In this document: positions 38,887-51,689 of the stretch, piece after piece
Numbering within the stretch: the stretch's first letter is position 1
Layout of the letters: each line of letters starts with the position of its first letter
Assembly (NCBI RefSeq): GCF_001194135.2
Contig: NC_068982.1
Span: 7,002,245-7,066,244, forward strand
Length of the DNA: 64,000 nt
Origin: Octopus bimaculoides
Taxonomy: Eukaryota
Direction: 5' to 3'
The notes under the pieces: model-generated
What the model was told of the DNA's origin: nothing
Seen by the model: only the letters and a program-made list of their open reading frames with translations
Databases searched by the model: none
Translations under genes and position numbers: made by a program

Positions 38887-39384
38887 CCTTTTGTCTTTGC
38901 CATATTCCACCGTGGACGTCGATTTCAACTTCAGAAAGCAAGGCTTCCGCCGAGCTGTACGAGATGTTCTTGCACGTGCCCTCTCTGAGAGAGTGCACAG
39001 TACTTTGTCCCGCAGAAGTTCAAGGAAATACGTCGTAACCCCTACAGGGTTATAGAAAGAAAGCGCAGTGACTTGGTTCGTTCGACGAACACATTGGTCT
39101 GCCAATATTAGCAATTTTGTTTGATTGTCTGAGTGACAGACGGTAAATATCCACACGGTGACTTGTTTGATACAAGGTCGCCATATGAGATGTTAAAGGC
39201 CTTGAACAGAAGTTGAGTGTATGTGCCGTCTAGTGACATACTTGTTGGGTCACATAATCCTGCAAATTCATTCAAACAATGTGTTACAGAATACACTTCC
39301 GATACTAAGTCTTCATTTATACATCCAGGCGATTATATATACTGTACATTGATTTTTTTGTAATGCGACTGAAAAGTAAAATCA

Positions 39385-39668
39385 TAAGCGTTTAGACGCG
39401 AGTTCGATTCCCGACGGCACGTCGTGTCCTTCAGCAAGACTCTCTATTTCACGGTGCTCCAGTTCACTCAGCTGGCGAAAATGAATAGTACCTGTATTTC
39501 AAGGAGCCAGCTTTGTCATACTCTGTGTCACGCTGAATCTCCCGGAGAAGTATTTGAAGGGCTACGCGTGTCTGTGGAGTGCTCAACCACTTGCAGGTAA
39601 ATCTCAGGAGCGAGCTGTTCCGTTAATCGGATCTACTGGAAAACTTGTCGTCGTGAGCGACGGAGCAA
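39385..39668 (+). mobile_element. SINE family D (partial head, CORE-like domain, C/D tail)
   Basis: gagttcgattcccgacgg...gtgtccttcagcaagac...cactcagctggcgaaaatga...tgtcgtcgtgagcgacggag. Confidence 0.8.
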
Positions 39669-39850
39669 GGTGAGACACACATAAGAAAGAAGGAAACAAA
39701 GGACCACTGATGAGGTCACAGAAGTGTGACAAACGAACTCTGGCGGAAATAAGATTAAGACTAATGTAATACAAAGCTGAAGCAAATTAACACCAAATAT
39801 ACAGTACGTGTGTTTTATTGGCTAAACTGGCAATATGACCATCCCCAAGT

Positions 39851-39896
<46 letters not shown>

Positions 39897-40221
39897 TAAA
39901 CGTTAGATTCAAATTAATGCACCTTATTTGTTGTTCCATCACCCTTCTCTCTGTTTTATTATTTTGTGTTTTGTATAGTTTTCAATCATTTATATGTGAT
40001 GTGTGTGTGTGTGTATTAATGTTTGTTTTTGTTTATATTCACTTATAACAAAAGCAATCGTACATTAATCTGATGGGTTACTCTATATTATTGTAGAGTA
40101 CAAATTTATTTTTCATAAACAAGAATGTTTTCGACTGTGACTGCGAAGTCTCGGCCAGCTTAACCATCACCGGACTGCTTAGCATTAGAGTATATATATA
40201 TATATATACATGTGTGTGTGA

Positions 40222-40267
<46 letters not shown>

Positions 40268-40554
40268 CATATGGTATAATTATAAACACACACACACACA
40301 AAATAAAGTTTTCAAATTTACATAATGAAGCCTGCAATTTGGTGATGAAACTCCTACTTAGCGCTTCGTCTACACTGATTACTGGAATCGTTTGCTGCTG
40401 ACCGCTACTGATGAGACTGCTACTGGCCGCAGACTGTTACTAGGTGAGCCTTCTACTGACTAGCATTGGAATAGGGAAGGGGCAGGACTGACTTCCCTTT
40501 TTGTAAACAGAGTTCCCAGTTCTAATGTTTATGTGAATGTTGTGAAATTATCAT

Positions 40555-40812
40555 TAAATTCGTATCCGGAATGTTTGCCGCAAACATTTTTGATGCACAA
40601 AAAGATATTGTCGATTGATTTAAAGAAATTGGAAATGAGTTAAGAAATTGTTTTACTCCTTCTGATTGGTTGAAACAGTTATGTATAAAGGGGAGTAATC
40701 CATCTTTTGTTTTGCGGCAAAATGCCATATGCGGCGAACGTTCCTACGGCCAAAGATCTTGAGGCGAATATTCCTGCGGCAAAAATGTTTGCGGCACACC
40801 TTTCTAGAACCC
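40555..40812. mobile_element. Small MITE-like relic with subterminal gcggcgaa-type repeats
   Basis: Inverted 21-mer at 40572-40592 and 40780-40800; repeated gcggc(g/a)aa motifs at 40705-40795. Confidence 0.4.
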
Positions 40813-43800
40813 ATTAATTTTATAACGTTAAAGTTTTTGAATGCATCAGTAAAAGGCTATAGAAGAAAATAGATAGCTAAAACTTATAAATATCCGCCAT
40901 AATGGCAGTAGGATAATGGATTAATTTTACTGGTGAAGTCATCTAGCAGAAATGGGGAAAACTCGAGGAATACCGCTAACAGCGATTGATTTAAATTGGC
41001 CACTAAGACAGGTCCGCATGTGAGATATTCTACAGACATTTCAGAATAACAGTTGAGTTTTCTAAATGAATATATATGAGTTACGCCATGTGTAGTTTCC
41101 CTTGAACATAAAGAACTTAGCTATGCACTCAGAGTATGTAGGTATGGTTTTGTTAAGGACCTCCTCGGTTTGGAATAAGAAGATCGTGCGCGGTTGTTTG
41201 GATGCTGACTCTTTGTCACAACTGACTGGAGATCCAACTTGTTTTGGCAAAGTACGTTGTGGTGCTGGAGAGAAACGCGCAGAAATATTAACATATAAGC
41301 AGAATGTGAGTTTTGAGAGAGACACAGAGACATTAAAATTTATCAATTGAACACGATTGACATAAGGACTTTCCCTCTCCTCAAACACATGAAGGGATCT
41401 CTGCTCACGCACATAAGCAGAGAGACTGAAAGAAAAAAAGAGAAGTTTAAAGGGATGGAGAGGGACATTAAAACGAGATAAGCATTCAAGCATCAGGTAT
41501 CCGATGAGCTGGCGTCGAGTCAAATGAGCGGCACCAAAACGGCTGTGCCAAAACATCTCATGCCTTTCTAGGTTATATTGGCCAGGGAAATACGCTGATT
41601 TCGAAATATTTGTTTTTCTGTTATCTGTTCCACTCTTTAAGCAGAGATCCACGCTGGCTTACTAGACTTGAGCATGTAGGTGAAGTTGACTCTTTCCTTG
41701 GACATGAAGAATTTTATGTATCAAGTAGACTTTCTCTAGAATTCATCAGCTGTATTGCAAGAGGTGTGTAATGCCTTGAAATATTCCAATGTCAGATGAG
41801 AGTTACTTAATAATGCACTGTTTTGGAGAGACAACATTCTCTCAGTGCGTAAGTGGATTGATAATGGTTTTAGCAAGTGTATACTTGGGGCAAGGTTTCC
41901 ATAGGGTTTTTACAGGTTTGTATTATATCTATTAGAACGTGTGATATGTATTATATAGGCGAGGTTAATATATTGTTGTATTGTATTCTTTAATGTTAAC
42001 GTGTTGTAGTCTACGTACAGAACACTGTATAATATCTATTATAAGGCTTCTTACGTTGTTGAGTTGAAATCTGAAAGGCAATCAGGGCGTGGAGGGATTT
42101 CAAATTCAAATTAAACTGAATGCCAGGAAGCAGCACCGATGTCTTTTTGTGATGACTTCCGCCTATCCGACCGCTACTACAACCGCTGCTTCTACTGCTG
42201 CTTCTACTGCTGCTGCTGGTGCTAGTGATGCTAGTAGTAGTATTAGTATTAGTAGTAGTAGAGGAAGAAGAATGTATTTAATAATATTCAATAGTAATTA
42301 CAAGGGCAAAAATAATACCAATGATAGAAGAAAAGGAATAATAGACTTTCATATGATTATGTTGGTGACAAGTTACATAGAGAGTTATACTGCGGTTGGT
42401 ATTATGATAATAAGAGAAGAAATATTCCCATAGAGAATATTAAGAATGAGGACAATAGGCACAGACGTAAATATTCAAACAAGGAAATACATAGCATAGC
42501 ATAGTATTTTACTGTGGCGGACGATTGAATAGGATTGCTTATAAAGATTTGTCAATACTACCACCACAAATTCATTGATACACTTAAGAATAGAATCAAC
42601 GCGAACAATAAGCGATATATCCGAATTAAGTTTCATGCTAAGTAAGAGAAGGAAAGTAAATTCTTAAGAGGGCAATGGACACTCAACCATCATATCGATC
42701 ATTAGAAAAAAAAAAGAAAAAGGAAAGAAAAGTTGCTTGATATTGAATTCTGTCATTTGGATGATGGAATGTGAAAGTGTTATTCATAAATAGAAATGAA
42801 TGAGAATAAATAGGCCTGAGTTAAAGATTATTCCGTTGGCTCAAGTAGATAATCTTGCATGGATCGGCACAAATTAGAAACCTTTGTGTTGAAGACGTGG
42901 TTTAATTTTATTGACTACTTTTCTTGACTAATAATACTTATCAGTAATTGTAATTAGGGATACAATGTTTGTTTGCAGATAATACATTATCTTATTTATT
43001 TCATGTGACGCCTAACACATCAAAGTTTCTAGATTCTAAATTGAACTTCTATTCGAATATTCATGAATAAATGTATTATTCTTGAGCTATCTTATACAGT
43101 TATATATATATATATNNNNNNNNNNNNNNNNNNNNNNNNNNNNNNNNNNNNNNNNNNNNNNNNNNNNNNNNNNNNNNNNNNNNNNNNNNNNNNNNNNNNN
43201 NNNNNNNNNNNNNNNNNNNNNNNNNNNNNNNNNNNNNNNNNNNNNNNNNNNNNNNNNNNNNNNNNNNNNATATATATGTATATATATGCATGCGCGCACG
43301 TGTGCATGTATGTGTGTCTACGTATTTATATATCATGTATATTTGTATGCATGAATAGCTTCTATGAATCTGCACTTTATCTTTTCTATGTATCCACTCA
43401 CAAATGTCTCTCTCTTTCTCTCCCTATCCTGGCCTATTTACACACATATATGTATGTATATGTGAGCTTGCGGGTATAAATACTACAGGCTAATTGAACC
43501 TGGATTATTTTACACATTATTTTACACATCTTTACAGTCCCATATATGACTAATTACCCGGAATGTTTCTGATTTTGCGAAAACCAGTTTTCTCTGTATT
43601 GGCATTGAGACAGTTAACTACAGAAAAAAAATGTGCTACAATATCACAGGTATTAATTTAAAATTATATTCCGGTTTCAGTACCTGATTTCTCATTAGTT
43701 CACCAAGATCAGTTTTGTATTTTACGTTATGTTAAAGTCTGCTGGACAACTGAGTTTTATTGCTATTCACTATTTCACAATTTCTTTTCTCTCTCCTAGA

Positions 43801-44412
43801 TAATTGTTTCCGGTCTGTTGCTCTTATATTTTACAGAGATTTTGACAAGAATATTCCAACGGTAATCTTTTTAAATTATGAGTGAATATTATATCCGCTT
43901 CTCTGTAACTTCTTATTCCACAATATACGAACTGCGATGTATGCTGTTTCGTATGCTTCATAGTTAAATTGTTCTGGGATGATATTTTGGTAACTTGTTT
44001 ATTATGTTAGCGACACCTTCATTTTAATTCAACAGAGGCTGTGTCGTTTGCCATACCTGTTTTATTGTATTCCTATCCCTTTCATACATGAAGGAGTTTA
44101 CCTGTTTGCAAAACATATCGCTAAATACAAATAAGCCTCCATCTTTACCAATCATACTTTGTTGGCAGATGCTTTCCTCTGCTGCTTTGTTCCAGAAGAA
44201 TTGTACAGGTGAATCACTGTTCATCAGTCATGAAGTACTTTGTGAGGATCTTGTTTTCTGTCTACTTATCCGTATGCCTGTCTGGCTGTCTCTGTCTATG
44301 CATGTGTATGTGTGTGTATGTATGTATGTATGTATGTATTGATGGATGGATGGATTGATGGATGTGTGTGTATGTATGTATGTATGTATGTATGTATGTA
44401 TGTATGTATGTA

Positions 44413-45094
44413 CAAGGTGCAATGGGTAAACTGACGCCATTTTATATTTTTAATTTCGTGCATTCACGTTGTTTGGTTTTAATTTTGTCGACTACACAGA
44501 ATAGTAATGTCCGTTGGGCACCATCTGTGAGAAAACAGCACCATCAGGCAATTCACTCAGCCAGAAATTTGGAAACGACATGTACTGCTTGGTATTCGCG
44601 CCGAGAACACTTCAGAGTGTTACCCTGGGTCAAGAGGGTTGCTACTGGAACACCCTATGTCTGGCAACAGGACTCTGCACCATGCCACACAAGCAGGAGA
44701 ACCCAGTCATGGCTGTCAGATAATTTCTGTGACCTCATCGCACTGAACATCTGGACACCTAACGCCCTAAACTGCAACCCCCTTGATTATCATGTGTGGA
44801 GTACAGTTGTTTGAGAGCCTAACAAAACTCCTTGTAACACCGAAGATGAACTGAAGTCAAGGATTATGGTAGCATTGACCAACTTAAACAAGGAGACCAT
44901 CCAGAAGACTTGCAAGAGATTCCGAAGTTGTCTGGAGGCCGTGGTTGACACCAACGGATATTTTACTGAATAAATTTACTCTTTAGTATTTCAAGATATT
45001 TTTATGTAATTTCGGTAAATATATCTCTTAAAATGAGATGTCAGTGTTATTTTTATTTCTGTCTAATTTAGACAAGTTTATTCACAGCACTCTG
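44413..45094 (+). mobile_element. maT (DD37D) Tc1/mariner element, internally deleted and non-autonomous, with both TIRs and TA flanks
   Basis: WQQDSAPCHTS...NCNPLDY has 37 residues between the two Asp. Imperfect TIRs caaggtgcaatgggtaaact and revcomp cagagtgctgtgaataaact. TA at 44411 and 45095. Confidence 0.9.
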
Positions 45095-45419
45095 TATATA
45101 TATATATATATATATATATACATGCATATATGAGTCTGTGTGTGTATGTGAGCGCGCGCGCGCGACTGTGTGTGTATCCGTGTACCAATCACGAAATGGA
45201 GAGAAGTTGTAAAATGTTCTTGCTAAACGAAACAAATGGTGTAATTCAGTTCTGAGTTACGTACTTCTGGTTCCACTCTTCTGTATTATTGTGGTGGAGT
45301 ATTCTTGCAGTGAGGTAGTTACTCTTCTGCTCGAATGGTGTTTCGTCTGTCCATCGAATTTAAATCTGGTGGTTGAACTGGCAACTGCCTCACTAAGTTT
45401 TTTCTTAAGAAAAATTGCT

Positions 45420-46100
45420 TTACTATTATTGTTGTACTTTTCATATCATAGTCAGGTGGAAGAAACCCCCGCAAATTCCGCCTTCAATACCCTTAGGATA
45501 TAAGAGCTCACCTACACGATCATCTGTGGATACAGCCTACTCTTTATGATTTCCTCGATTTAAATATAGTAGTGACACATTTTCCAAATATGCACTTTTA
45601 AGCCGTAATGTTGCCTTGATCATGCTCAAGTATTGGAGTCAGTTTGGGCGGAAGTTTCATCTTGTTGGAACACAGCAATAAGAATTCATTGAACTGCGAC
45701 TAAAATGGTCAGAAAGTTATGATTGCTCTTACAAAAATCATATAATTTTATGCTTCGGAGCCAACTGAATTCCAGCTAGTTGTCATTTCGATGAAATCTT
45801 GTTTTTTTTCTCGGTGCAACGCAACCCATAAACTCATAGAGATTTTAATCTAGCTTGATGGTGGTGACCTCAATATGCCTGAAACATTTCTGGTGAACTC
45901 TATTCAAAATGTCAAAATAATGGCATTATCGAAAGGACAAAGTGACAACTCAGCAGTTTCATTGAAAATATTCAGACATTTCTGATGAACAATTTTCTTT
46001 GTTTACCGATTACAAGTGATCATAAGATGATATAATCAAATTGAAGGAACTGTTTGTCAAACTAAAATAGAGTAAAGTGTAAAATATTAACAAAGAAAAC
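45420..46100 (-). pseudogene. Possible very old mariner remnant
   Basis: A QQDET motif (like mariner VTGDET) and a loosely mariner-like upstream region; many stops. Confidence 0.3.
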
Positions 46101-46917
46101 AATTTTTTTTCTAAAATGTTCGTTAATTAAGTAACTTTAATTTCTATGGCTTTCTTATTTCAGTCAGTAATTGCATTATACTAATCAAAAATTGTTCTGC
46201 TTGACTTTCCATCATATTTTCATTTGCAACGGTAAAATATCTTCTATTTTGTCATATATTTATAATCGTGATTACATAAGCGAAAATAGAAAACGTTTAA
46301 TCAACAACCTTACCTTAAATGACGCCTTCTGTGTCTGTCTGCATATATATATACTCATACAGAGAATAGTATATATAATATCGCTATACATATATATATA
46401 TATACATATATATATATCTATATATCTCTCTATCTATCTATCTCTATCTCTATCTCTCTCGCTGTATATATANNNNNNNNNNNNNNNNNNNNNNNNNNNN
46501 NNNNNNNNNNNNNNNNNNNNNNNNNNNNNNNNNNNNNNNNNNNTATATATATAAACAAATATATATATACATGTATGTATATGTGTGTGTATAGTATCTT
46601 CATATATATATATGTATGTATATTTGTGTATATGCATATATGTATGTATATATGTATGTAAATATACGTATGCATATATGAGTGTGTGCATGAAGGAGTG
46701 AGTAAAATATTGTCTCAACATTTCCCATTTTCTTCTCCGTCAGTATACATTCGTGTACATGTACTTAGTTATACTTCCATCTCTACTGTCACAAACGTAC
46801 GGACGTATATGTTTCGCTGATGGAGTTATAAATCAAAGAAAAACTTCCTGAATTACTCTCCCTATTTGACGAAATAATTACTTGATGTGTTTAATGCCTT
46901 TTCTCCTCATCTAATTA

Positions 46918-47642
46918 TTTCTAGTACGATTTTGCATCATCCTTTATTACATATGCTGGCATTAAGGATTTTCAAGTATATTCCATTTGTTTGTAGCATA
47001 TAATGAGAAACGCAGATTAAAATAAACACAATTTTTACTGTAACCTTAAACAGAAGTCTAGAAAATACGTTTACTGCAATTATTCATATACATAAATAAA
47101 CAAGAATCAACAAGAGCCTTTGCTGGGGCTGCCTACCGGAGCCTAGCAGCGGGTAAGACTACGCGCCCTCCATTGGAAAGTTTAGACAGTGCCACGTGAC
47201 AACTTGCTGGGGCTGGCTGCTGGAGCCTAGCAGCAGGTATTTAAAGAGAAATTTGAAGACATGCACTCAACACCAGAGCTGAAGACACCTCCGAAAGGGG
47301 GGGGAGGCCCGCTACGTCAAAATGGTAGAGGAGTAGGGGCCGAAACCGGATGTGGTTCCTCCTGATGGTGTCTTGAGCTAACTGGATCCAATAAAGGAGC
47401 TATTGTGGTAGCAGACCACGAAACATGGTTGAAATTCCTTTCTAGTACGATTTTACAACATCCTTTATTGAATATGCTGGCACTAAGGATTTTCAGCTCT
47501 ATTCCATTTGTTTGTAGCATATGATGAGAAACGCAGATTAAAATAAACACAATCTCCACTGTAACCTTAAACAGAAGTCTAGAAAACACGTTTACTGCAA
47601 TTATTCATACGCATAAATAAACAAGAATCAACGAGAGCTTTG
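46918..47642. repeat. ~205-bp direct repeats flanking a 316-bp GC-rich core
   Basis: 46918-47122 is homologous to 47439-47642. The core has a 34-bp internal repeat at 47122-47155 and 47206-47239. Confidence 0.9.
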
Positions 47643-48026
47643 ACCTGTCACACTCAGCTGCCAAATCCTGCAACACCACAGTGTATTAGCTTCAGCGAAA
47701 AAGGAAAGAGTGTATAGTGCAGTCCTATATTATAACCTTCCTGGACACAAGAATGAAAGAAACACAGTTAAATAATAGTTAGAAGTATGACTTCGTTTAA
47801 TCCCGTCAATAACAGTGGAATTGAGACAAATAAAAATAATCAACATAAACAAAAACATACATTTGAGTCGCTGTGTGCGTGTTGATGTATGCGCGTGTGT
47901 ATACGTGTTCGAAAAACATGGATAAAGATAGAAAGAAAAAGAGAGAGGAAGAAACAAATGCAATGAGTAAGAACAAATGAATCGATCTTTCAGAAATTGG
48001 TCATGGATTAATTTTTTCATATTATT

Positions 48027-48090
48027 TCTTTACTTGTTTCAGTCATTTGACTGCGGCCATGCTGGAGCACCGCCTTTAGTCGAACAAAAC
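48027..48090 (-). mobile_element. SINE family A, 3' terminal fragment
   Basis: tttacttgtttcagtcatttgactgcggccatgctggagcaccgcctttagtcgaac. Confidence 0.8.
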
Positions 48091-48144
48091 CGATATAGTT
48101 ATCAGTTTTACACTTCTTTCTATATTCTGTAACTGTCGCAATAT

Positions 48145-48362
48145 GCTTTTGTACTATAGGCACAAGTCCTGAAATTTTTGTGGGGAAGGAGCCAGTCGAT
48201 TAGATCGACCCCAGTACGCAACAGGCACTTAATTTATCGACCCCGAAAGGATGAAAAGCAAAGTTAACCTCGGCAGAATTTGAACTCTGAACGTAAAGGT
48301 AGACGAACTACCGATAAGCATTTCACCCGGCGTGCTAACCACTCTGCCAGCTCGCCGCCTTT
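48145..48362 (-). mobile_element. SINE family B with degenerate ~15-bp TSD
   Basis: Full consensus match; flanks taactgtcgcaatat and taactgtcacattat. Confidence 0.85.
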
Positions 48363-48454
48363 AACTGTCACATTATAGAAACATTTCTCATGGCACCAGC
48401 ACACAATTTACAGATGCTTACATTTTTTTATATTTTCCGTCCTGCCAGTTATTA

Positions 48455-48537
<83 letters not shown>

Positions 48538-48967
48538 GAGTGAGCGAGCAGTGCATGCCATCAAAGTGACACTGGGGTAAAATATACAAAGCCCAATATA
48601 CCCATCAGGACAACCCGTCTGACAAGGGTACACCAGGCATATGCATCACAACCATATGTGCGTGACATGGTGATCTCATATCAAGATAAACAGTGCATGA
48701 CTTCGTAGGTGGGGTCCAGTTAGAATTTTCTTCAGGTCGAGTGGCCCATCCCGCTCAAAAGGTCCCTGAATAAGGTTTGTTTAAGGATTTTGAGCAAAAC
48801 ACCCATGTTTCCAAAGGTGAATTATTCAAACCCCAAAGAATTCCTCTCAACACATGGCTATGATGCTCCCCCACTACTTCTGCTCGTGATCAGAGATGCA
48901 CATATCATCAGCCACCAAGGGAGATGCTCAACTGGTTAAGGTCAAACAACTGACAAGCAAATCTGTG

Positions 48968-48968
<1 letters not shown>
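48538..48968 (-). mobile_element. Non-coding retroposon inserted in (AAT)n; probably the 3'UTR of a Dong-type LINE or a non-autonomous derivative
   Basis: 430 bp bounded on both sides by (ATT)n. On the minus strand it ends ...ctcgctcactc(AAT)n. No tRNA head and no ORF. Confidence 0.55.
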
Positions 48969-49029
<61 letters not shown>

Positions 49030-49049
49030 GTTATTATTATTATTATTAT

Positions 49050-50278
49050 TTTATGTTTGACTTTTGTTTTGCATTTGTACAAGTTGGATCCAAGNNNNNN
49101 NNNNNNNNNNNNNNNNNNNNNNNNNNNNNNNNNNNNNNNNNNNNNNNNNNNNNNNNNNNNNNNNNNNNNNNNNNNNNNNNNNNNNNNNNNNNNNNNNNNN
49201 NNNNNNNNNNNNNNNNNNNNNNNNNNNNNNNNNNNNNNNNNNNNNNNNNNNNNNNNNNNNNNNNNNNNNNNNNNNNNNNNNNNNNNNNNNNNNNNNNNNN
49301 NNNNNNNNNNNNNNNNNNNNNNNNNNNNNNNNNNNNNNNNNNNNNNNNNNNNNNNNNNNNNNNNNNNNNNNNNNNNNNNNNNNNNNNNNNNNNNNNNNNN
49401 NNNNNNNNNNNNNNNNNNNNNNNNNNNNNNNNNNNNNNNNNNNNNNNNNNNNNNNNNNNNNNNNNNNNNNNNNNNNNNNNNNNNNNNNNNNNNNNNNNNN
49501 NNNNNNNNNNNNNNNNNNNNNNNNNNNNNNNNNNNNNNNNNNNNNNNNNNNNNNNNNNNNNNNNNNNNNNNNNNNNNNNNNNNNNNNNNNNNNNNNNNNN
49601 NNNNNNNNNNNNNNNNNNNNNNNNNNNNNNNNNNNNNNNNNNNNNNNNNNNNNNNNNNNNNNNNNNNNNNNNNNNNNNNNNNNNNNNNNNNNNNNNNNNN
49701 NNNNNNNNNNNNNNNNNNNNNNNNNNNNNNNNNNNNNNNNNNNNNNNNNNNNNNNNNNNNNNNNNNNNNNNNNNNNNNNNNNNNNNNNNNNNNNNNNNNN
49801 NNNNNNNNNNNNNNNNNNNNNNNNNNNNNNNNNNNNNNNNNNNNNNNNNNNNNNNNNNNNNNNNNNNNNNNNNNNNNNNNNNNNNNNNNNNNNNNNNNNN
49901 NNNNNNNNNNNNNNNNNNNNNNNNNNNNNNNNNNNNNNNNNNNNNNNNNNNNNNNNNNNNNNNNNNNNNNNNNNNNNNNNNNNNNNNNNNNNNNNNNNNN
50001 NNNNNNNNNNNNNNNNNNNNNNNNNNNNNNNNNNNNNNNNNNNCATTGAGAGGTTTTCCATGCCATTTTTCAGTCATAATAGCTAAGGCAGCAATTTTAG
50101 CATGGGTTTTCAAGCGCTTAGCTTTTTCTGCAGGTGTTTCTAGTTCGTCTAATTCTTGAATTTGTTGCAATTGGAATTCACTTAGATAGTCCTTTGCCTG
50201 TTTTGTTACTGAGTAAGATGCTTTCTTGCTTTCATATTTTAAGACAAGTTTTAGCATCCAGTCCTCAGAGGTTTTCAG

Positions 50279-50282
<4 letters not shown>
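49050..50282 (-). mobile_element. 5'-truncated R4/Dong-clade LINE spanning gap 49095-50043
   Basis: Frame NLKTSEDWMLKLVLKYESKK..YSVTKQAK...EKWHGKPLN matches the R4 'W..KPLHG' motif. Both ends join (AAT)n tracts. Linkage across the gap is assumed. Confidence 0.75.
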
Positions 50283-50347
<65 letters not shown>

Positions 50348-51689
50348 CATCATTATTATTATTATCCATTTCTTCCTTTCCTAATCAATAAAACAAGTTC
50401 CAATACAATACTGGAATCTATGTAATCGACAAGCAGACCCACCCCGCACTCCACATAATTTCAGGATATTCTCGTATAGTAGAAAGAATTCCTGATACTA
50501 TCTATATTGAATATACTCTCTTTTTAAAAGACTTCAGATTGTGATTTGATACAAATGCGTTGGTTACTTCTAGTCGGAACTGTCGTCTCTTAAAGCCTCT
50601 TTTTTAAAGTGAGATGTGTAAACTATACTGAATAAATAGAAGTTATATGTTACTTTGGAGAATAATTGAATACTAGATTGTTATCGTTAAGTTATTAGGC
50701 GCTGGTTTATTGATCGTGTTATAAATTCCTGGAATAATTACTTGACAGAGTTAAAGAACCTACATTAATGAAAGTACTTAAAATGGAAACGATAATTTAT
50801 TTTATTACAAAAGTATAAATAAATCAAATGTCTATTTTATTCTAAAAACTGATACGTGTCACTTGTTGCGATCAATAATCTTAATTAGCTCACTGATTGA
50901 ATATTTGCTTCACTAATGAGAAGTGTATTACTCTATATTAACATTCGATTTGTTTGATACATGACAGGAATTTGAGCAGAAGAATGTATCAATGCTTTTA
51001 CGTTATAAGATGTATATAAAGTCATATTTCAAATACTTCATTTGATTTATGGTGACATTTCCTATCGTTTATTAAGATTTCATGCAAAATCAATTAGATA
51101 AATAATTATTATTTAACCATCCAAAAATGTTTTAGTTAAACAATATTAACAATTTGTGAATTCTTTTATATGTTCAACAACTTTGTTCACTTAAAACAAT
51201 TTACAAATATTATAGAAAGTTTTCGAAAAGTTGTGAAGATTAGAAGATGAATAAAACCAGTCATTGAAACATTTAATAGCATTAACTGCAAACATTTTCG
51301 AAAATGCAAGAAAACTATTTGTTATAAGTTATCTTGTTGCTGCATATCTATTTGATTGTCTGAGATGTTTCACCAAATAGCTGGTTGTTTTCAGCGATAA
51401 AAATGGTAAAATATAGCGAGTAGTGTCTGTGACTAGACATTTAAAACAATAGTCGGAAGCTTACGAAATACCAGTATGTGTTTTTATGCTTTTGATACCC
51501 ATAAGAGTAAAGACGGACAAGTGAAAAAAAAATAAGATGGAAGATAAAAAAGGAATTCGAAATACTTTTGAAATTCTCAAACTGAAAGAATATTAAAATA
51601 GGAATCTGATTTTAATAAAGAAAGGTTCTGTATTTAGAGAATAGACACATTTACAAGCTGCGTCATACTGTTGAGCTAGGGTTGCTCTG

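Noticed and set aside
40392-40430. CTGATGAG as a hammerhead core
   Set aside because: There is no downstream GAAA or stem II; it lies in ctactg-rich low-complexity sequence.
42089-42433. 114-aa ORF with Ala/Thr/Ser runs
   Set aside because: It derives from (CTA/CTG/AGT)n trinucleotide low-complexity sequence.
47279-47318. Functional hammerhead at CTGAAGA...GTC
   Set aside because: The required GAAA is replaced by GCTA and stem I is poor; kept only as a degenerate hint.
48942-50353. 330-435 aa ORFs, and similar ones at 3.1, 4.5, 6.1 and 31.9 kb
   Set aside because: Their length comes from N runs; only the Dong-like portion at 50044-50282 is meaningful.
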